Source: Ginglymostoma cirratum
Taxonomy: Eukaryota
Direction: 5' to 3'
DNA: 64,000 nucleotides
Assembly (NCBI GenBank): GCA_024137785.1
Contig: JAHRHZ010000029.1
Location: forward strand, 15,578,725 to 15,642,724
In this document: piece after piece, positions 1-12,200 of the stretch
Position numbering within the stretch: position 1 is the first letter of the stretch
Layout: every line of letters starts with the position of its first letter
The notes under the pieces: model-generated
Told to the model about the DNA's origin: nothing
Database searches by the model: none
The model's input: the letters and a program-made list of their open reading frames with translations, nothing else
Program-made: the position numbers and the translations under genes

Positions 1-84
1 CTAACTCACCAGTAAACATTCTTTCTGTTATCTATCAACATGTCACAGTGCCTTGGTTAAACTATCTAACAACACTTTCATCAT

Positions 85-400
85 GTGGAACGTAGGCCAG
101 CATTAGGCCATTGGCTGTTTGAGCCTGTTCTGCAATTCAACGAGGTCACATCTCCTCTCAAACCTAATTCCATATGCCCCAGTTTTTCCCAATATCCCTT
201 CATATATTTTGTTAACAAAGATCAATGAAACTCAGTTTTAAAATTATCAATTGATCTACCATCGATTGTCATTCGCAGAAGAAAGTTCCAAACCTATATT
301 ACTTTCTGAGTGATAAAATGTCTCCTAATTTTACTCCAGGTCTGGTTTTGATTTTTAGACTCTGCTACTTCAGACTATACCCTAGACCCCTTTCTAGTGA
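85..400 (-). mobile_element. CR1-type LINE 3' remnant
   Basis: Degenerate TAGGCCATT..GAGCCTGTTCTGC 3'-end motif shared with copies near 16490, 20100 and 44620. Confidence 0.5.
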
Positions 401-409
401 AAATAAGTA

Positions 410-745
410 GCCCTGTGCTCAGTGGTTAGCACTGTTGTCTCACAGCACCAGGGGATTCAGGTTCAATTCCAGCCTTGAACAACTGTCTTGGTGAAGTTTG
501 GACATTCTCCCTGTGTCTGCGTGGATTTCTGTTGGGTGCTCTGGTTTCCTCCCACAGTCCAAAGATTTACAAGTTAGGTGGATTGGCCGTGCTAAATTAC
601 ACATAGTGTTCTGGGATGTGTAGGTTAGGTGTGTTAGCCATGGGAAATGCAGGGATGTGGAGGGTCTGAGTGGGATACTCTTTGGAGGATCGGACTGGAC
701 TTGTTGGGCCAAATGGCCTGTTTCCACACTGAAGGGATTCTATGG
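410..745 (+). mobile_element. HE1-type tRNA-derived V-SINE with CR1-like tail
   Basis: A box (CAGTGGTTAGC), B box (GGTTCAATTCC), V domain (TCTCCCTGTGTCTGCGTGG..GGTTTCCTCCCACAGTCCAAAG), tail GGGCCAAATGGCCTGTTTCC. Confidence 0.8.
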
Positions 746-764
746 AAAAGAAGCTTGAAATCCG

Positions 765-1800
765 GCATAAGAAAAATGCTGGAAATGCTCAGCAGGTCAG
801 GCAGCATCTGTGGAAAGAGAACCAGAGTTAACGTTTCAGGTCGAGGAGCTTTATTCCTAACTGAGAAAAGTCAGGCATGAAATGGATTTTAAGCAAGGGC
901 TGCATGGGGTGAAGACACAGGGAGGTCTGTGTTAGAGTGGAAAACAGGACAGACTGAATGACACAAGATTTAGTCTTATAGGGTCAAGGGCAATTGTGAT
1001 GGAACAAGACAATAAACAAATAAACAAAAGATGTTCCAGGAGCACATGTAATGCTGTCTGAAAGCAAAAATAAAATGAAAGAAAGAAAAATCTAACATAC
1101 ACAGAAAAGGACACAAAATGGATTTGCAGTCTGCCAATATTGAACTCAATGTTCGAACAGAATGGAGGAGTTTTGCAAAGTGGTCATTCAATTCAGATTT
1201 TGTCTCCCTAGGTACAGTAAACCACATTGTGAACAGCAAATACAGTAGACTAGATTTAAAAGTAAATTATTGCTTCATCTGGAAGGATTATTTAAGGTCT
1301 TGGACAATGACAAGAGACATGCAGTCGGATAAGTTCTCCAGTGCTTGCCTAGAAATTAATTGAGGTGTTGGGAATGATTGAAGGGTGGACCAGGGTATCA
1401 TAGAGGGAATGGTCCTTTCAGAATGTGAACAGGGGAGGGGAAGATGTATTTATTGGTGATATCACCCTAGAAATAGCAGACAGGCCACCGAATATGGAGA
1501 CTGGTGAGGTGGAAGGTGAGAGCAAAGGGAATCCTATCATCATTGTGGGAGGTAGACAAAGGGTCAAGAGAAGAAATGTAGGAAATGTGGCATACACAGT
1601 CAGTTGTCAGCTATTGGAATTATCGGTTAAGAGAAATGGGATGATATCTCTGTAGCACTGGTGTAGAAGGTTAGATAGTCAAAACAGGTTTGATGCAGAT
1701 TGAGGAAAAACGAGAATGGAATAGAATTCTTACAGGATATAGGTTGTAAAGTTAGGGTCTTGAGTTAACTGTGGGAGTCATTGGACTGATAATGGGTATT
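765..1800 (-). mobile_element. Degenerate Penelope-like element (GIY-YIG region and 3' end)
   Basis: Minus-strand frameshifted CSQCGLLYLG and ETKSELNDHFAKLLHSVR (GIY-YIG-like); 3' end with decayed hammerhead CCTGAAACGTTAAC near 822-845. Confidence 0.65.
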
Positions 1801-1814
1801 ATCTATTTCTTTAT

Positions 1815-2400
1815 TCATTCATTCATGAGATATAGGGGTCTCTGGCTGAGCCAGCATTTATTACCCATCCCAAAATGTCTGGAAAATATTATGACAAGCT
1901 GTGTACTTGAACTGTTATAGTCCTTAATGTTTAGGGACACCCTCAGTGCTGTCAGAAAGGGGATTTGAGGAGTTTGACACAACAACGGTGAAGGAACAGC
2001 GAAATTGTTCCAAGTCAGGATGGTGAGTGGCTTGGGGAACAAATTGTAGCTACTGGAGATAATAGGAACTGCAGATGCTGGAGAATCCGAGATAACAAGG
2101 TGTGGAGCTGGATGAACACAGCAGGCCAAGCAGCATCATAGGAGCAGGAAAGCTTGATGTTTCGGGCCTAGACCCTTCATCAGAAATCAGATTTCTGATG
2201 TAGGGTCTAGGCCCGAAACGTCAAGCTTTCCTGCTCCTATGATGCTGCTTAAATTGTAGCTACTGATGTTCCTACCCACCTGGTGCCCTTATTCTTCTAA
2301 GTGATAAAAGTCATGGGTTTGGAAGGTGCTATCAGAGAAGCCTTGATGAGTTGCTCTGGTACATCTTGTAGATGCCTGGCTTTATACCTAATGTATCTCT
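1815..2400 (-). mobile_element. L2-type LINE 3' remnant, interrupted by a PLE hairpin
   Basis: (TTCA)n end and CCAGCATTTATTACCCATCCC motif typical of this repeat family. Confidence 0.55.
2056..2250. mobile_element. Fold-back PLE 3'-end insertion with two hammerhead motifs
   Basis: 15-bp TSD AAATTGTAGCTACTG (2041-2055, 2251-2265); 60-bp inverted arms 2128-2187 and 2191-2250. Confidence 0.85.
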
Positions 2401-3138
2401 TGTTCTTCAGTAGACTGGTTGTCAATGCTTGACTGAATCCCCATTTGAGCTGTAGGCCCAGAACGACTTTGTGGTTGAATATCCCTGTCCCCACTGAAAT
2501 GGATAGCCAAGCTTGGGGAAAAAGAGGTTTATCACTTACTAAGCTCCAGAGAATACCCTGAAAGCGCACCAGGACTGGAATCCTAGTCCACACCACAGTG
2601 GAGTAGGATGCAGGCAGACCTATGAGGAATATCAATCCCAAAATTTCCAAAGGCACATCTGACGCCCCTACACACACACACTGGCTTTGTTGCTCCATCA
2701 TTTTAACCTATGTTTGAACATATATTTGCCTCAAGCCATGAAAGTTACTGGCCAACTTATAGCCTTGCTCCAAATCAGGGGAGAAACCTGCAATACAAGA
2801 AACCCAAAGTGCTTTATTTTTAAGAAATGACCCCAAACCTCTTCGATGCATCTGTGCAACAACAGCTTATATTTGCATTGAACTTTTAATATAATAAACA
2901 TGCCTAGGTGCTGCATGTCAATGTAATTGAACAATAAATTGACACTGAGCCAAAGAAAGAAACCTTCGATCAGGTGACCTAATTCTTGTCAAAGAACTAG
3001 ATTTTAAAGAATGTCATAAAGAAATGGAGAGGTTTAGGAAAGAAGTTCCAGATCTTAGGACCAATGCAGTTGAAGGCCCAGTCATTCACAAAGCTTTCAA
3101 TATCAAGCTGAACTACTTTGATTTTTCCTTTTTTTCAG

Positions 3139-3228
3139 GCACTGGATGGGTTTGTACTTCTAGTGAGTGCTGATGGAATGATATTTTATGCATCTCCTAC
3201 AATCATCGACTATCTGGGATTTCATCAG
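3139..3228 (+). CDS. AHRR: AHRR exon, PAS-A start (AHR exon 4 equivalent), [30 protein letters not shown]
   Basis: Pyrimidine tract + cag acceptor, gtaggg donor, 90 nt, phase 0/0; not in the supplied ORF track. Confidence 0.93.
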
Positions 3229-6200
3229 GTAGGGAGATACTCTTCTGGAACATTCTAATGCATTTTTGCAAGCGATATCTTCTTGTGTGTTGATTTTCAA
3301 ACCTGTGATCTTTCCATTCCTTGGGTTTCTTACCTCAGGATCATGGCACATGGGCCTAGGGCCAAAGACATCTCGACAGGGGCACAGGAAATTCTAAAAG
3401 GTTATCCTCCCAAGCTGCTACCTTTCCAGTTGTCCCAGAAAGAGCATGGGCAGTCCACAATTCAAGCTGTGTTCACTCCCGCGAGATAAGAGACATCTAC
3501 AGAGCTTGGAACTGGGAAAATAAAACAAAGCGAAAAATAAGTTCCGTCTAAAAGAAGTTGCTCATTTGAAAACCATACCATAAAATATGCTTATTAGCAA
3601 TATTGAAGCCTATGGAATTGAACAGGTTGTGGCTATGCAGATACAAAATTGGCCAAGACTCAGGGAACAATGCTGAATGACTAATTTTCAGACTGGAGAG
3701 GACTATACTGTATCCATGATAGTGGGCTGAATGGCATCATTCTGCAGTGTAACATTTCTTACTCTTGAGATTTATGGGAAGGAGGGAAATTTCGGCAAGG
3801 CCGTGGATGCGGGCAACCTGCTCAATTTAACTGCAGGATCTCCTTATCATTTTACTCTTCCATCTCCTGGCTGACCACTGGCCAGATTTTCAGGCTAGAT
3901 AGCTACTGAGCAGGACCAGTATCAGGAGGCTACATACACATCCATGTAGACCATCCATGACAATCAGCAGGGGATAGAGATCTGCGGGCCAGTGCTTGAC
4001 TGGGGTCAGAGTGTGTGGATTTCATAACAGACTGGAAGTTCGAGGCCACTGATTGCATCAGCAGCTAGTTAGAGTCTGTGATTGGAAGAAGGGAAAGCTG
4101 AAGGCTTCCTTGAGAGGCATACTAGCCAAGAGTGCCAATAAAATTAATTAGCCTTCTGAGCCTGTAACCTCTGCCTTCTTATCACTACTGGTTATTCTGA
4201 ACCCTAGGAAATCTGGCTAGCATCTGTTAAATGTAAAACAGGTATAAATTACGTGGTGTTAATGCAGTGTCCCATCTCGCCAAGCTTAGTCACTTACATG
4301 GCACACTTTCCATCACCAATATTTTCTCTGACCTCCCCGCCGGCACTGTGCAGGCTGTTTGTTGGACTGAAGGGTCTCTTTAAGGTTGCTACATATCTGC
4401 ACATTTGCATATTTAAAGAGACTGTTTCTTGGTTGGCCCTTTCACAGCTTTACCAAATGCTGCACTCCTCAGGAAATGGGTGATATTAAGGTCATAAAAG
4501 TCTAAGTAAATAGCATAAGTTAGATGCAGTTAGACAAATTTACTTCAGTTCTACATTTCATTGTGAAATTTTAATTAGATTTTCATGTGACATGAGCAAG
4601 ATACAACATAGTCAACTATAGTCAACCTATAGGTCAGAACAGATAGAGGTTAGAGATCTCTAAAGGACTTACAAGGATGTTGCCACGGTTGGAGGGTTGG
4701 AGCTATAGGGGGAGGCAGAATAGGCTAGGGCTATTTTCCCTGGAGTGTCGAAGACTGAGGGGTGACTTATAGAAGTCTATAAAATCATGAGGGGCATGGA
4801 TAGGGTTAATAGCCAAGGTCTTTACCTGAGGGTAGGGGAGTCCAAAACTAGATAGCATAGGTTTGAGGTGAGAGGGGAGAAGATCTAAAAGGGACCTGAG
4901 GGACAACATTTTCATACAGAGAGGGTGTGTGTATGGAATCTGCTGCCAGAGGAAGTGGTGGAGGCTGGTACAATCACAGCATTTAAAAGGCATCTGGATG
5001 GGTATATGAATAGGAAGGCTTTAGAGGGATATTGGGCAAATGCTGGCAAATGGGACTAGATTAATTTAGGACATTTGGTCAGCATGTACGAGTTGGGCTG
5101 AAGGGTCTGTTTCTGTGCTGTACATCTCTATGACTCTACGACTCTATGACATGAATTAACTATTTGACCTTCAATGATGGTGGCTTTTTTAATGCTATTT
5201 CCTCATGAACTTCCAGGTGTTTTGAAAACAGTTTCATGGTGGCTATGATGGAATAATGAACTCTCAATATTCAGTTTGTTAGGATGCTATTTTAACAGGT
5301 AGATTACTGTATCATTTTCCTGGTGTCATATAATCTGTACTTGATAACAGTAACTATACTTCAAACTGCTTCATTGGCTGCAAAGTGCTCTGTGGTATCA
5401 CAAACATTTTTTCTAATCCATTCATGGGATGTGGGGTCACTAGAAGGTCCAAAGCTTATTCCCTTTACCTATTTGTCCATGAGAAAGAGGAGGTGAGCCA
5501 CTTGCTGCAGTCCATGTGATGAAAGTGTTCTTGGCCCAGCAAAGATATTATTTCCAAGGATTTCCTTCTCCTTTTAGAAGATAGAGGCAGTGGGTTAGGC
5601 AGGTGCAGTTGAAGAAGCCTTGGTGAGTTGCTGCAGTCTATGATATAGATGGTGGTGGACTGTCCTGAGATTTAATATGGTGGTTGGGATGCTTATCAAA
5701 CAGACTGCTTTGTCCAGCATGCTGTCAAGGTCCTTGAATGTCATTGGAGCCACATTCATCCAGGCAAGTGAAGAATATTCAGTCACACTCCTGGCTTGTG
5801 CCTTGTGGATCGTAGGAAAACTTTGATGTTCAGTATGTGAGCCACTTGCCACAGAACACCCAGCCTCTGACCTGCTTTTACTGTCATAATATCTACATGT
5901 CTGGTCCAGTTAAGGTTCTGATTAAAGACGATCAGAATGTTGATGAATGTGGATTCAGTGATGGTCATGGTGTTGAGTCTTAAGAGGATGTGGTTAGACT
6001 TTCTCTTGTTGGAGATTATCATTGCCACTTATACGACTTGAGTATTGATTGTCACTTATCAGCCCAAGCCTGGATGTTGTCCAAGTTAGGATACATGTGA
6101 GGATGGAGTGTACCATTGTTTAAGGAGGCTGTAATGGAACTGAACATAAACGAAGATCCCTACATCTGATTTATGATGGATGATGTCTTGATCTCTTGCT

Positions 6201-9200
6201 GTTAAGGGCAGTCACTCTCACCTCACTGTTGAAATTCAGCTCTCTCATTCATGTTTACGCCAAGCTTCCGACATGACCTGGGACCTCAGCTGAACCCAAC
6301 TGCACATGGTGAAACTGCAAATCCTTCCTTTCTTAAGACCTCACCTTTACTTGTCTCCTGAAGGTTCTTCAGAAGTTCTTTTTCTCTTCCCCCACAAGGT
6401 CAAAGGAGTGAAAAATGTCAGATCATGTGACCTTTGAGACTCTTCCCTTCAAATCTAAAGCCCCTGCCATACCACCCTGGTGCACCTACCTTTCCCTTTA
6501 CCCAGACTTTGTTCTGCTTGCCTCAAGTATCTTAAAGATCTTCCATGCATCATTGTGCAGCCAAGAAAAAGATTCCCCTGATAGTTACATACTTGTAACA
6601 AAAGCCGTCTTCAAACATTGTAACACCAAATATCTCTTTGGTCTAGTGCTGAAAGAACTATATATTCTTGAAGGAACGTTTGGCAGATCTCACAACGATG
6701 AAATTAATTCCTCCATACAGCAATCTCTTTTTGCAGCAATCTGAGCTACTTCATAGCGGGAGGCCTACAGTATAAATGCAGTTGAGTAAAATAATATTCT
6801 GAATTGACCTTTGCATTTGTTTACTTGTCAATAAAAATTGATGGAGGCTGTTTAAACTGAGGTTTAATTTTTAACCACAAATTTTGTTTGACCTGATCTG
6901 TCAGATATCCTTCGTATTGGCGTTAAACAGCATTGATAAACAGCTGTGTTTACTGCACTGTTGAAGGTGTGCCAACATCATTATCGGACGTGCCAAATTT
7001 TGGATAAAACATTAAATCAAGGCATTTTATTCCCTCTTAGGCAGACATGAATTATTCCAATGCACTATTTTAAGAAGCGTATTGGAGTTTTTTGTGACAT
7101 TGCCATCAATATTTAACCAACATCAGTGAAAGCAGATTATTTGATCAGTATTCAAGTGCCTTTATAGAGCCTCACTCATGCAAATTTGCTCTGACGTTTG
7201 CTACATTACAACAGCGACCACACTCCAAAGTAAATTCATTGACACAAAGTGCTTTTGGATATCCGGAAGTAATTCAAGGCATAATTTCTTCCTTATAGTT
7301 TGCAATCTCAGGTTCTCAAACTTTCAATGCCTTAAAACGACTCAGTTTCAGTGAGGGGCTTGATCAAATCACCTGGTCTCAGTGACAGGAGAATTAATAT
7401 CAGCCAGGGCTGAGTGAAGAGGTATTTAAAATCACCCAGATCTTGGTGCAGTATGTGTTTAAAATCCTCTCAGTGAGGGGATTAGACTGATCAGCTTTCA
7501 CATGTCTACCCCTACCCCACTTCCCCATCCCACCCACAATTAAATGCAGGGCTAAGCACCGGTCAATGTATGAAATGGACATGTGGAGTGTCAGCACAAA
7601 TGGCCCCTGGAATCTTGGATGTAGCAAAGCCAGGAATTTTGGGTCTTTCCAAATGATGTGCCATGTTTGAGCAGGATTTATACTGAGACAGGATAATTTG
7701 AGATATCTCATAATTATGAAGTGGGTGGATGAATGCATTTTCTTTGAACAAAACGTTGGAATTTGAATGGCCTAGCAATATTGTTTAGTACTCTGTCGAA
7801 ACTACCAACCTAATACCCGAAGTCTTATTTTCTGTTCACCTCAATGAAAAGCATAGAATGAAAGCAAAATTGTTCAGTAAAAGCAGAAGGCTACTTAAAA
7901 TTACAGCCTTTGAACAAAAACAAGCTTGTGCCAGGAGAAACACTGAAGACTCTTTCAAAAGGCTGCTGTCATGCAATGGACATTTGATCTGCCAGCCGCA
8001 ATATTATGCAAACTGTTTCAATTGTTAGCCACTTGTGACACAGTGTTTAAATGTTCAGTCATCGTTTTCTGCTATTCAGCTCCTAGCGTGCCACAGCTTG
8101 GAAAATATGCAGAGGATAAATATTTCTGGACATCTTGTCATCCAAAGCATTCCTGTCTGGAGGAGAAGACACAAGTTTTTGTTTATGAATAATCGTTCAA
8201 GTCAAAGCATAATTGATCAGAAGAAGGAGCATTAAGAATGACCATAAAGCCTAGATATTCCCAGAAGATGCATGTGCTGACACGATCACAGCTGTGATCA
8301 CGTTTGTACCACCCTATACTCCAAGTCCAAAGGTTGTAAGTTGAGATTCTACTCTAGTGGCATTGATTCTACTCTGGTGACATGCCCTTGCCTGATACTC
8401 CCATGCCATGTTATACGAGCTCTACACTGTCACAGGTTTTCTCTATTAGATGAGACACTAAAGTGAAGCTCAATCCTCCCGCAGAGGCAGATGTGAAAGA
8501 TCTACAGCACCTTTGATTGAAGAGCAGTGTAGTTCTTCATGGTATAAAACAAACAATTATTGCTCATCCATCACTACTGAAGAAGATTTTTTTGTCATAA
8601 TTTAATTGCTCTTTGTGGGACTTTGTTGTGCATAATTTGGCTAGGCATTTCTTATATTACAATAGTCACTACTGTGATGAGGGTTCATAACATATTATTT
8701 TTTAGGACTCGGTTTCTAAAGTGGAGACATAATGTATAGCCTTTAAGTTTGATTTGTATTTGTATATTGTGTGTGTTAGGAAGAGAAGAACATAGTTTTA
8801 GTTATGTTCTTGAATTCAGAGTTTTTTTTATATTCATTCATGGGATGAGGGCATCGCTGGTGAGGCAGCATTTATTGCCCATCCCTAATTGCCCAGAGGG
8901 CGGTTAAGAGTCAACCAGATTGCATGGTCTGGAGTCACATGTAGGCCAGATCAGGTAAGGATGGCAGTTTCCTTCCCTAAAAGATATTAGTGAACCACAT
9001 GGGTTTTTCCTCCAAAATCAACTACCGTCATTAGAATCTTAATTCCAGATATTTGTTGAATTCAAATTTCACCCTCTGATGTGGCAGGATTTGAACCCAG
9101 GTCCCCAGAACATTACTTGGGTCTCCAGATTAACAGTCCAGTGATTTTGCCATTAGGCCATCACCTCCTGTTTTTGGTTATATCTAAATGAAGTCTTTAA

Positions 9201-12200
9201 AACCCTGGAGGTGACTAGTTCAGTGCATTTGGAAAAAGGGTAACAGAAGCAAAAAAAAACTAAGCTGTTGACGAGCAACAAGGAGAAGAAAGGGCAGTAC
9301 ATACATGTTCAGTTAGAGTGAAAATGTGTAGTTAGTTTAGTAATCTCCAAAAAGGTCCCAAGTGGCTTAAGAGAAAACTCCAGAAGCAGAAACTTCAAAA
9401 TTTAGACCACATGGAAACCCAAGAGTGCTTAGAAGTCAAGTAAAAAGCTCTAGAAACAATTAAAGCCTTGCCATCTGAACGAAGAGCTTAAGTCATCCTT
9501 CCTTGAGATTTGAGTACTTGTAAGGTTGCAAATGAGGGTGAAAGAGTTTAATCTTTATTTCTGATTTTGTAATAAGACGGTTTGAAGTAGGTCTTGTATT
9601 GTGTAAAATGGTTTGGGTTTTTGTGTGCGTAATAAATTTTGAGATTCTTTTGTTAAAGTGACATTGGCAGCCTCTTGTGAATACGTTCAGTGACTGACCA
9701 TCATGGTAAACAAACAGCAAAAAAAACTTACCTATCAAGCCAGCTTTCATTTTGGAATTGGACTTGTCCAGTATTAGCATCAGCTGTGATTGTATCATTA
9801 TGTTTCAATTTAAAAATATTTCAATGCTGTAAAGTCTTTTGAGACAAACCACATTTGAAAGGGCTTGAGATAGATGCAAGCATTTCTTCCTTTAAATAGA
9901 ATACTTTTAAGAAATATGATAACCTTTAATTGTATAAGCAAACTTATCTAATCTATGATTACTACTAGAGAAATTAACTCAAGATAGTCTAGTTTTACCT
10001 GATATGGGCTCAACGCAAAGAAGTGATTCATTTTGGTAGGAAGAACATGGAAGGATGGCATCAAACAAAGGGCACAGTTCACAAGGTGTATAGGAGCAAA
10101 GAGACCTGAGTGTAGAAGTGTACAATTCATTGACAGTGGCAGGACATGTTGAGAGAGCAATTCAAAACAATATACAGTTTCCTTGGAGTCCAAGTGAGAG
10201 GAGGTTATGCTGAATCTATTTTAGACACTGGTTCAGCCTCAGCTGGAGCATTCTGACAAGTTCTGGACGCTGTACTTTAGGAAGAACATGAAGACATCGG
10301 AGAGAGAGTGCAGAAATGATTCACAAGAATGGCTCTAGGGATGAGGAACTTCAATTCGGAAGATAGGTGGGCGGAGTTAAGACTGCTTTCCTTGGAGAAA
10401 AGAAGATTGAGAGGAGATTTGATAGAGTTCTGGGCGCTATAAAAGTGGAGAAACTGTTTCCAATCTTGAGCAGATTGAGAAGAAGGCATGAATATCAAAT
10501 AATTGGTAAAAGAAGCAAAAACGACATGAGGAAAAATCATTTTTGTACAGCAAATGATTAAGGTCTAGACTGCATTCCCTGACATTATGGTAGTTGCAGG
10601 TCCATTTGAGGCATTCAAGAGGGAATTAGCCTATTATCCAAAAAGGAAGATTTGCAGGGCTATGAGGAGAAGGCGAGAGAATGGAGCTGAATGAATTGCT
10701 CATTCGGAGACGTAGTCAGTTGACTTGACTCTTGCGCTGTTCTATAGCTAATATTAGTGCTGCTACTTTTAGACTAGTCAAATCAACTGTTTCAATACTG
10801 ACCGCTTCTCAATCATGTGTCAAAGGCAGCAATTTTATTTCCCCCAAATATTCAAAATTCCTTCAGACATGATGGGGCTAATTTCCATCTGGTTTTGCAG
10901 GTGTTTCTCATTCTCAAAAGGCTGAACTTAGAATTTTTCAGGGCAAACACTATTTTCTTCTGCCTCACTGAATACCACTTTATACCTATCACTTTATAAT
11001 GCTATTCTTTTGCAAGTCACAATGCTCCCTGTGTGCAATGCATAGCCACCTCTGCTGGATTCAAATTCTTCTGTATAAGAGGGGGAAGAAGTTTGCATTT
11101 CCTAATTTTCATCGAGAACTGTGCATTTAACAAACCAAATAGATGAATGTCTATTTAGTCCTGAGGAAATTCATCGGGCTGTGAAAAGGTAATGAGTAAA
11201 GTACAGTGATTGTCCTTGATGTTTTTCTGCAACTTATAAGCCACAAAACACTGTATATGAGGACGTAAAATATTTAGTAGGAAGGGAGGCTGAAAGGAGA
11301 ATTACATTAAAGCAAAGCCCTATACATCTGAACACCAGAAAGAAGAAGCTCAACTCAACCCCCTGAGCATTAAGAAAAGCCCTTTTAAAATCTAAAATTT
11401 AGAATGGAAACAGTCCTGTTCCGTCTGTGGTATGTAGAGACAAAGATGGAGCAACAGCCTAAAAGTGACTTACGTGTCACCTGCCTGGCTCCAAGGCACG
11501 GCTGCACTGAGATTCTACAAGAAGGAGGTGCAGAATGCTGAGGAGGTATCCAGCTGAGAGGCTATACAGGTACAGGATAAAGAACCTCGAAATGACCAAA
11601 AGGCAAGGTTGGAGGAAGCTGTGTCTGTTCAGAGACGTGGTGGTTAGGCATTAGAACATTTTGCAAGAAGGTTTCAAGCCAAAGAGAAATCAGATGTGTT
11701 CACTGCCCTAGAAGGTGACCAGGATGCTCAATTCCTTTACATCTTTGCTCTTTTCAAAGCTCCACTGTGGGTCTCTCAATCTGCAGCACACAGGAGTATC
11801 CATCAGGTAACAATTGCCCTTTATGCCAGGGTAGTGCATTTCATTTGCTTCAACACAGACGGAGTGCTGCAGACACAGAGGCTGCCAGGATTTTTCTCTG
11901 TCCCTGAATCCTCCTAGGTACAGGCTTTAGTAGACTGTGTGCATGTAGCAGTAAGGATACCCCATGTGAATGCAGTCAGGCACATCAGCTGAAAGGGGTC
12001 ACCGCCTTCCTCAACAAGGTAACGCCTCTGCGACCATCACAAAAGATGCTTACATGTTTGTACCAGTTGCCATGATTTGTTTATCCTCAGGCAGTCTGGA
12101 TTGCCAAGAAGGTTTAGACTCACCCTCCTTGAGCATAGCTGAATCCTCCAGGAGAAAAGCTAATTCCTGAAAACGTGGTTTCTTACAGAGCTACAACATC

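Noticed and set aside
410-480. tRNA-like A/B boxes here and at about 9090-9165, 15180-15240, 51465-51525 and 52225-52280
   Set aside because: SINE heads with no complete cloverleaf; not tRNA genes
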